Source: Phoronis australis
Lineage: Eukaryota; Animalia; Phoronida
Assembly (NCBI GenBank): GCA_002633005.1
Contig: NMRA01000025.1
Span: 791,785 to 855,784, forward strand
Length of the DNA: 64,000 nt
Direction: 5' to 3'
The position numbers and the translations under genes are program-made. Below are positions 54,274 through 64,000 of this stretch, piece after piece (positions within the stretch are counted from its first letter, which is position 1; every line of letters begins with the position of its first letter). The notes under the pieces were generated by a model. It saw only the letters and a program-made list of their open reading frames with translations, was not told the origin of the DNA and searched no databases.

Positions 54274-55275
54274 NTCAAAACACAGTATTCCACGGTCTGC
54301 TCGAGTAGACAGACCAAAAATCAAACTGACTAAACGTAGTCGATTTCTAAATTCGGGCTCTAGTCAAAAGACAACTGAAGTTAAAAGTCTCAGAAAAAAT
54401 CCCCAACCGATGTCAATAAACCCGCTGCTTAAGTGAAATTAGTGCTGGTTCCTGCTATATACCCAAGAGAGGAGAAAAACCTCCAAGATTTGGTAATACA
54501 CCTTGGGTGAGAACTTGGCTATAAATTTTGTCGTGAAAATAAGCATGATTCAATTATTAACAAATTCAACAAAGACTTATACATAACACAATTCAGAACT
54601 ATGTCGCATCTTTTACAAAGATATTATGCACCTTACCCTCTACATAAGCACCAGATCAAATGATTATACATTCAGGTAACAGTTTACAGCAGTGACAAAA
54701 ATAGCACTAAAAATCATGCGCACCGAAAATATTTTCCTTTTAATACAAAAGTAACCCTTTAATAAAAATAAGTACAGTTGAAAATCGTTAGAATGAACCT
54801 CCTGGGACCTATCAAAGACGCATGATGAAATAGAATCGTTAAAAGCAATTATAATAGAACTGTTTACTCGCCCTTTTTTCTGTAAGGCTATCCAACAGCA
54901 TGCAGCAATTCAAATGCTTGTTTGTGACACATGACCACAAATATGAAATCAAGGAGTTTATAAAAAATCAATTTTTTAGACTCACCGCACTTGTTCAGTG
55001 TAAAGTTGAGACATTGAAACTGCTCCATTATAACCTTTGAATGTTGCATGTGTGTTTGTTAAAAACAAAGCAAAGTAAAGGTATTTTGCATGAGAGAAAA
55101 ATGGGACTTCTGGAATGAAACAATATCAGTGTGCAAACGTTTTAAACAGGGTTCGTTGTAATGTGATTTGACTGTTCAATATCTAGCAGTTAAGGACCAA
55201 ATAAAAGAACTATACAAAATACTGCACAAAAGCAGAGAGCATCATCTGATATCACTATGGTAATCAGCAGTGTCA

Positions 55276-58200
55276 TCATCTTAAACAAAACGGACAATAG
55301 TCTTCCACGTCAGCGCAGTGCTTGTGAAATCCATGACCTGTAAAATTGAAATCAATAATTTTATGCAAGACCAGCAACAGGACTGTGGCATGCTTGTCAA
55401 AATGGCTCAGTAAACTCAAGGGCACAACACAATTAAACACACAAACTTCAAACCATACACCAAATCCAGTGATTCTTCTGCTCGAAGTATTGAATAGTAT
55501 ATAAAAGTAAAATCATAAATGTACAAACCATTCGTAAATGCATGGTTAATGTATGTGTTATTGTAGTTCATGAATACAACTCAGAAGTCTTGAGTGGGTG
55601 GCTCATTGGTTCTAGAACCAATGAGCCACCCACTCAGACTTTTGAGTTGTATTCATGAAGGTTAAGCACACCATTGACTGCCACCTTTGTTACCATGACT
55701 GAGCTCACAAAACCACGAACATGACACTGAAATCAAAACACAACCAGTCAGTGCAAAGGTGAAAAAATATGTGGCAATAAAGCCTTAAACCAAAAGATCC
55801 TCAGATTCACCATGTCAGAAGAAATTCAGACATTACAATAGTCATTGAAACTAAGCAACAATGGAAACTGGCAATCTCTTACCACAGGGGAATATCACAA
55901 CTCCAGACTGTGTGGCAGAGAGCAGACGACACGACAAAGAGATGTTGCAGATGACACACAACTGGCAAAGGTCAAGGTCAACACCCCAATGAGTCTGGGA
56001 CTCTTCAAGAACTCTCTGTTGTCTTTGGCTTTGGTTTGATAAGTAGGAAAACTGTGAACAAGAAAGTATATTGATTATGGAGAACGATTTAATGCATGAT
56101 CCAAAGCTATGTTAGGACACTGTATGTTTGTGCAACAAAAATGGTGCATATAAAGTCTGTCATACAAAGAGGTCAATGCTTATCAATTATTTATCGCAAC
56201 ACCACATTTTAATGAGAAAATGATTAGCAGGGAATGAATTTTCCTCTAAAACCATAAGAAAAAATAGGATTAGCTAAAACTGCAAGTCAACTGTGACATA
56301 CATCTACTCCATTAACTCACCAATCCCTCATCAACTGTGGCCGACTGATCGCTGTTTCTTAGGCGGACGGTGCTCATCTCATTATCGACAGCCCTTAGTA
56401 GCTGAGGGGTCAGGTGAGATCGACGTTTGGACCATAGGTACGTGTCTACTTTCTCCAGTATTCCATGTGTAACAAGCCTGAAATGCGAATTAACAGGTCG
56501 CCAATGTGACCTCAGACTGTGTTTGGCGACCTGGGAAAAGTCTCAAGTAGCCACTGTGAGTATCAAAATCAGAGAACAATTCCTCCTAAATTCGGGATTT
56601 TCAGTTCAGGCGACCTCAGATTTCATTTGGTGACCAGGAACATGCGTCTTGGCGTTAAGCTAAGCGTGAAGTGCTGTACTGTTATCTACAAAGCAGATGG
56701 AATGATAGCAGTAGCCCAAGACAAGTATCAAGCATAGACAGTTTGCCAGGAAAATACAGTACAAGCCAAAAGTAATCAGAAAAATGGCCCGGGCAGGTGG
56801 GCAGAAGCCCAATTTATCGTCAGAGTAGGTGACAAAGCCAATCTGTAATTAGAATTTTACCACGCTAACAGTTATTACTGCTATTAATTGAATTAAGACG
56901 TTATGACTTTTGTATTGTACTGCTGTGTAGTCATTGGTTTTGACACTCTGTGTAACCTACTTATTAGAGAGAATCACAATTCAACCATGCAACAAACACA
57001 CTCTGTGTAACCAATAACCGGCTTTTTACTACAGTAAGCAGTAGGTCTTAGAACAATATTATTTTTTGAAAATATTTTTAACAAAGGCAACCCTCACCAG
57101 CACTCAGTCCAGCATTCCAAGGAACCCTTGATATGAGCATTCAGCACTCTAACTATACACTTACAGCTGAAGTGAACCATTGGTGGTACACATAAAAGTA
57201 AAGTTAACCCCTAGCGATACACATACAAGATTGTGAAATTATCCACTAGTGATGCACGTACAAGCGAAATTACCCATTAGGGGTACACTTATAAGTGAAA
57301 TTACCCACTAGTGGTACTGTTGAGCTTTCCTTCACAAGTAATTGGCATAACTGGAGACAGTAGTTTTTAAAACAGTGCAACTTACACCAAAACAAACACT
57401 AAATACAGACACACAGACATACACTAGTCACTCACTTCTGTTTCTGTTGCAGTAACGCTGCGACCAAGCAGCTCTGGAAGAAGACAATGTTGAGCTCTCC
57501 ATCTGGAATGTCGACACCTTTCAGCAAGTCACAACCTCTTGCTGGACCCAGGTTCGCGACCACGAGCCTCGCGAGGCTGTCCCATGGAATGAGACGTACT
57601 GGTAAATCGATAGTTTCAGTTTCTTTGCTTTGCTCACATTCATCATTGCCTGCGTTGAGGTCAATCAGTCTTTGACAGTTCAAGCAGAATAGGTTTTGCG
57701 AGGGAGTGTTGTCATCTTCAATGCCGTCACTGCTGCTCTTTTGTTGAAGCTCTCTGAGCTTGATCAATGCAGCCCAATCTTCTTCATGTGTGAGAATGTA
57801 ACCTGAAACATTCACAACAAAAATGACAAGTCACAGCAAAAAAATTTATCCTACAGTTTTGTTTTATCACATGTGTGAGTACCTAGGACCATGTGCCTAC
57901 CTGAAATAATGCACTTTCTCCACAATTTTTTTTCTCAACAGTTTTGCATATAGGCACATGTGCCTGATCTGTAGATGGTTAAAAGAGTCAGTGCAGTCAT
58001 TGATATCACCAACAATCATCTCCATTCCTCAGGCCACAAATAAAATCCGAACCAGTAAAGACCATTCGAATTTACTGGTAGTAGCACCTCATGAGATCTC
58101 TGCCAACTGGCATCACATCTTATGCCAAAGCATAATCCCTGGATAAGTTATCAAAACAAATCACTGAGAACCATACTGCATAATATAAAGACTGCCACTC

Positions 58201-61200
58201 CAGCTATGTTCTGGAATCGCAGCTTACAAAACTTTAGAGGCACTGTTTAGTCTTTTCAACAAAACACTGAACCATTCATGTTGTCTTACACAGACCTTTC
58301 AATGACAGATTGCCGATTGTCTCGATATCACCAAGCTGTAGGAGTAGCTTCACAGCAACATCAGGCGAGATGACCCCGGGACAAACCTGGAGGTAACCTC
58401 TCCAAAACCTAGTTGTGACAAAAAATATTCAGATTATCTACAAAAAACAAGGTCAGCGCTGATAGCTCAATGCTAACAGTTATGCATCGCAACATTCAGA
58501 GCAACATATCACAATAGACTGCTTGTACACAGACATTTCTGCAGTAGGCCAAGCCAATCAAAAGTGCCTATTCTCTGGTGATGTCTGGCACCCATATACT
58601 TCAGTCAAGACAGCAAAATTAGCATACCTTGGCCTATTCCATGCTACAGTAGACCTACACAACACTTGGAAAAAATGCTTAATTGTTATTGTCAACTCCT
58701 TTTGAAGCTCTCTTGTAGCATTCAGTGAACTTGGAATGGCCAAATACAGTATTTCCTTTAAAAGAGAGCTGAGAAACATTAACTATGCATTGCATTATTT
58801 GTCAAAAACAGTCTTGAAAAGCAGATGGTTTGGCAACCGGATTCACCTGCTTATGTTCCAAATGCAATCAAGCTGTAAAACAAAACAACCATAGCTTTCC
58901 AGCTATGTTAATGGAGAATTTGTGGACATAAAAGTAAACTGTTGACTGGAAATAGACAGGGAATTGTGTATTCAAAGCTCACCCTTGCAGTTTGCACATG
59001 TCTAGCACCATTTCCTTCCTGCCAGTATACCTCAGCACCATGTCAATCATGTCTAGATGTTTAGGCTCTCTCCAATGACTTCCTGGCAAAGGCCAACCAC
59101 ATTCACAGCCAGTGGGCATATCTTCGTCATGAAGAAGGTACTGAAGCCACGTCTGTTCAACTTCTAGGTCATCACACAACATTTGGTATCGAGACTGTCT
59201 TTTGAGATAAAATAACAAATAAAATTCCCATAAATGACAATGTGACATGTGGAACCAGTAACAGTTACTGGCATTTTCAGGGACAAAAAGGAAGCAATTA
59301 ATGCCAGAAGTAAGCCTATACACAAAATCCATTTAGACACCATGACGATCAAAACAATGCAGTGCACAAAATACAAGGGCACCTCAATACAAAAGGTGCT
59401 ACCATAAACCATCGAATAAACAAAGATTTGATATTGAACACTTACTGTTTAGTAGTAAAAATGTTACCAACTATCTTCTAACTCAAGATTTTAGAAGTCA
59501 GTGGTTTCTGTGATCATAAAGAACCGACACTTCAGTTTTGGTGGAGATCATGCTCGGCTCTTAAAATAACCTGTGACAAGGTAACGATTGTTGGATCTCA
59601 AGCAACAATGAAATGCCCAGAATCACCTGAAATTTGATAAGGGGAAGAGGTGGCGACCTCTGTATTCATACTTTAAGTGGTTTAAATCAAAAATTATTTT
59701 TTTGAGTAGAGCATTAGAAATGAAGCACATTCAAATGAAGTGTAATCTTAAATACTTTAATAGATACCTATTGTTGGGCTGAGTGCTTTCAATCATCCTC
59801 TTCATGTAATATTGAAAATGTCTGCTAGAGGTCTCCTTCTCCTCAAGAGTCAAGTAGAGCACTTCCAGAGGTGACAATAGGTGGCACAACTCAATGCAGA
59901 AGTCGAGTGTCTTTAAGGCACTGATGGAATACAGTCTGAAAAGAAAATAAGTTCCCACGTCTAACAACTAATTAATCAATAACACAGACTTGATAAAAAT
60001 TTATAATCTGTTTCCCCGGCAAACTGATTTCTATGAAGTAATCATAAAGATAATTAAGATATTAACATTTAATTATGCTTCCAATTTGAATGGCGTCACT
60101 ATAGAAATCATTCAAGCAGTTGCATTTTTTTCATCCAGAAAAAATGCTGCCTCAGAAGAAGTCTTAAAAGACTTGCCTGGTCACATGACTTATGGTGGCC
60201 ATTTTGTTGTGGACTCCTGACCTGATGACATCAAATGCTGCCTCAACATTCCGTTCACAATCTTTCTCTCTAATAGCATCATCTACATGCCTCACACAGT
60301 CAACCAAAGTGTTCCAAATAAACTGCCTCAGATTTCCGTTTTTCCAAAACATCATTGTTTTTCGTAAACGGTTGATATCTAGCAAATGGAGGTAACACCT
60401 TAAAAAGCATTTCCAATCAGCATCATCTTGAGTAGAAGTTTTACCCGTACTAGAATCAGATGGCGGAGATGCACTATAAATGTTTTTCTGTTCACCAGTT
60501 GCTTCAACTGAATCAGGACAAATGAGTTGACCTGTACCTTGTACTAAGGCCATGTCAACTGAATCAGGACAAATGAGTTGACCTGTACCTTGTACTAAAC
60601 CCATGTCAAAACACATCATTGTCAGCTCTGACACTGATTTATGAAGCGCCTTCTCCATGTTCAGTGGATCATCCAAATAAAGCTTTCCTTCCATGGGATA
60701 ATGAGGAATGCGTGTTTCCGATCCATTGACACAATTAGTCATATTATTGCTATTGCTATTACATGTTGAATTATCTCCAGCTGCACCACAATGATTGACA
60801 TCACTCTTTTCTTTATTGTCTGCTTTCATAGAACTACTGTCTGCTTTTATAGAGGTATTGTCAGCTTCTGCTGTGTTATCATCTGCTTTTATAGAGTTAC
60901 CATCTGGATTTGCAGAGTCAACGTCACTCTTTATAGAGCTATCATCTGGTTTTGAAGAGCCAACGTCTGTTTTCATAGACAAATCATCTCTTTCCGCAGC
61001 GTCGATGTCTGGATTTGTAGAACCATTTTGTGCCTCTTTAGAGCAGACGTCATTTGGAAGACTGGACTTATAGCTATCTGATATGTGATTATCATCAACA
61101 AGATTGTTCCGGTTATCATTGGAGTCCACAGTGACCATAGAGGAAAGGGCGGATTCTTTATCATGTCGTGGGTACATCAGGGAATGCAGTTGCTTCATGC

Positions 61201-63943
61201 AGGAATGCAGCTCAAGCAGCCAATCAGACAGCAGCGCTGTCAGTTTTGCAGGGTTGTAGCAAACAAGTGGATCTTGGAGCTTTTCTCTGCAATGAAAAGT
61301 TAATAGAGAACAGGCAAAAACTTAAAAATGAAACCAAAAAACTTAAAAGCCATGTATTATGTAATAGAAATTACAAATTTTGGAACACTGAAAAAGCTGT
61401 TAAAGAGTGATGAGAAAATGACTTTACAATGTTATTAACATTACTTTTACAGCTTTAAGAATAAATAACACACATCAGTTACCGCAGTTTTGCTGAACAA
61501 CTAACTCCAAATTCACATTCAGTAAGAAAATCTACTCTAAAGAGAACATGACAAGTTGACACAAAAACCATACTGACCTAGTTTCTGTAGTACTCCTCTC
61601 CAAGGTTGTTAAATCTATTTTTAGAGACTGACTTTGTTCCACAGAGCGATCTAACTCTCTCTCATCAACCAGTGCTTTAGTCTGTGGTATCAACACATCG
61701 TCCATTAGGGTGCCATTCTCATCCTTCTTCAACAGCTTGCTGTCCTTCACTTTTTGAAGAAAACTCTTAGTTTTGTTGCTAATCCTATGGAGACACAAAA
61801 ACACAACCAGATTGTTATTTCCTAAGACCTCAACCTAATATCTCTCAGGACAGTTAGTCCTCAGTTATCCAGTGTTTTCATGAGAGCAACTGACACCATC
61901 ACTACTGCCACCTTTTTCACTCTTTTTCGTTTTTCATCAACACACTTGACAACTTGTCACTGGTTCTAAAAACCTACGCACTCATGTGCACGTGGTCTAA
62001 ATGGGGAACAACTCTCTAGTCTTATGAGTGCACAAAAGTGTATTTCGCTTGACCCAATTTCACTTGACCCAATTTCACTTGACACAATTTCTAATTCTGG
62101 TGTTCAAGACGACCTGAGTTGACAGGGACAAAATGCAATTTTTTTCATCCGCTGACATATTGAGACATTGGACATTTTTGAGTGAATTGCCTTAACTTCA
62201 CACAGCAGTGGCAATCTGACAACATGATGGTTGCAAATCAAGAAATGCAGGAAAATATTCCACTTCATTCAATCCATGCAAGACCGCATAACACTATGCA
62301 CCAACTACCTGATCGCCATATAGTGACCAAAGTGAGTTTCATCAAGTCACCGCTATATCGGTGAACAACCACTACTGCTCGTTACTCAGATGAGACGTGA
62401 TTTCTGGGCTAATGAAGAAGACCTCACAGCTTTAAAATGTTTGAGAGCTTGCTTGGCACACAATATAATTGGCCAACTTAATCGAACTGATCTCAACCAT
62501 TAACTGCCAATTCTTAGCAATCCCACATATCACCTCAAATTCAATGAAGGAACAAAACGAGATGATTGTCATAAGTGTAAATAGTCTAATCATTATTTTG
62601 TGATGGAAGGTGCATTGTACCAGCTGTAATTCTCTATTATTTATTAGTCACCATTCTAACCAGGCATGCAATCAATTGACGGGAGAAAAATGAGGAATAA
62701 ACATGCAATCAACTCCAGTTGTCTTTAATTACGTAGCACAAAGCTACAGTACAAGTCAAAAGCATTCAGATGAAATTATCTGGAATTACCCGTCATGACG
62801 GCTGGGCAGAGGTCAAATTCATCGCCAAAGTTTTCCCTTGAGACTCAGAATGAAGGGAAATTAAGTTACAAGGTGGGTAAGCCATAATACTTTTGCCCTC
62901 TCGTAATAGTTATTATCAGTCACTTTTTCTGTTCACAGAATTTGCTGCCATGACAAGGAAACAGCATTCTGTCTGTTTAGTCTTGAACTTCACATGCTAG
63001 CTAACAAAAATGAGACCACACCAACACACAACAAATAACACGATATATATAATAAAATACTGCCAACAACAATCTGAAATATCCAATGGACATTTTTATA
63101 AACTTCCTCTACTTCTCAGTACAGGTGTTTTTTTTCGTGAAAGTGACTAAGACTTAATATAGAAATTTGGAATTATGCTCCCACTAAACAATTGCATTTC
63201 AACCAAGGAAATAATTTACAGGAATTATCTCTCTGTTACTAACACTCATACTTACATAGACATTCCATTTTTGCTTATTAAGTGAAATTTGAATAATTTT
63301 CCGAAATAGTTGTGTGGAGCGTCAAACTGAATTTCTGACTTGAGTCACATTTCATGAAACAGTCCACTGGTGTTTTGCACACAACAGAAAAGCAGCAAAA
63401 CCAGCAAACCCAGGAAAGGTGAAATTTAATGCAACAGAAACATCTTACAAATAGGACAAGAGGATTTTAACTTCATTTTTAAGAATAACTAAATGGCACA
63501 GAATAAACACAATGACGTTTCAAAGTTTTACACCAAAGCAACCACCAGATGTGCTAAGTGCTAAAAATAATTGGCATTTGCAATGTTTGGAAATATAAAA
63601 AGCACAAGTCATTGATTTTCCTAACAATAATAATTTTTTTTGAAATTTGTTAGCTATTACGATACAAAACAAATGAATGAACATTGACCATGAAGGTTAA
63701 ACACACAATTTTCCTTTAAAGCATACCTGTCTGTCAGATTCATAAAGGAAGTCTTCGTCAGGAATGTAGTACTGGGAGAACTGTCCAATGGCAGACTGCT
63801 GTCTTGAGGCGAGGTCGTGGGCAGGGGTGCAGATGTAACAATAGGAGAGGTATCTGAGCATGGAGGGGTGGATTTAACAGCAAGACTACCACTGGTAGAC
63901 ACTGGCGACGCTGACTTTGAGCCTAAAGTGTAACGCATTATTC
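55276..63943 (-). CDS. HPS5: Hermansky-Pudlak syndrome 5 protein homolog (BLOC-2 subunit), 3' portion; 5' exons lie beyond the window
   Basis: Phase-consistent exons: 63943-63727, 61784-61578, 61286-60177 (GC donor), 59935-59768, 59198-58983 (CECGWPLPGS), 58408-58296 (GFWRGYL..LLQLGD), 57802-57436 (EEDWAALIKL..LARLVVANLGPARGCDLL), 56477-56321 (GILEKVDTYLWS), 56051-55883, 55337-55276. The motifs correspond to HPS5 GFWPGYL, EEWKLLL, AMGPDRAWSLL and MLEKCDRFLWS as I recall them. Confidence 0.9.
55567..55659. repeat. Near-perfect 93-bp palindrome with no spacer in the last HPS5 intron
   Basis: ttcatgaatacaactcagaagtcttgagtgggtggctcattggttct|agaaccaatgagccacccactcagacttttgagttgtattcatgaa. Confidence 0.92.
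63122..63370. mobile_element. MITE family copy (ttcgtgaaagtgactaagact..agtcacatttcatgaaac)
   Basis: Inverted termini related to 42752-42800 and 51080-51130. Confidence 0.5.
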
Positions 63944-64000
63944 CTGAACATCATCAAAGATTGTATACATTCACCAATTTGGAAACAGCCACTCCTACAA

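Larger units (their letters stand above)
52492..55394. repeat. About 1.1-kb direct duplication of the HPS5 last exon and 3' UTR (52492-53611 and 54275-55394), probably two haplotypes
   Basis: The copies align throughout with scattered SNPs and small indels (stop TAA vs TGA). The second copy starts right after the single N at 54274. Confidence 0.88.

Overview
This is eukaryotic DNA with spliceosomal introns, AT-rich and from an animal; an invertebrate is my inference. It is a draft assembly with one N-run and three single-N joins. I assembled five protein-coding genes by hand from splice sites and reading-frame phase: (A) an uncharacterised coiled-coil/acidic protein on the minus strand that runs off the left edge; (B) a 14-exon uncharacterised protein with a degenerate calmodulin-like EF-hand N-terminus; (C) intronless SFT2D3, head-to-head with (D) Fuzzy (FUZ), whose middle exons are missing at a single-N join; and (E) the 3' part of HPS5, with a C-terminal RING-like extension and a probable GC-AG intron. 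Introns and UTRs carry an inverted pair of Penelope-like GIY-YIG fragments, the 5' end of a non-LTR retrotransposon that appears heterozygous and explains a false 1.1-kb duplication, several MITE and SINE families, palindromes and many minisatellites, one of which multiplies a splice donor. I see no CRISPR array, prokaryotic operon or clearly new biological system. Most short ORFs in the supplied track are spurious.
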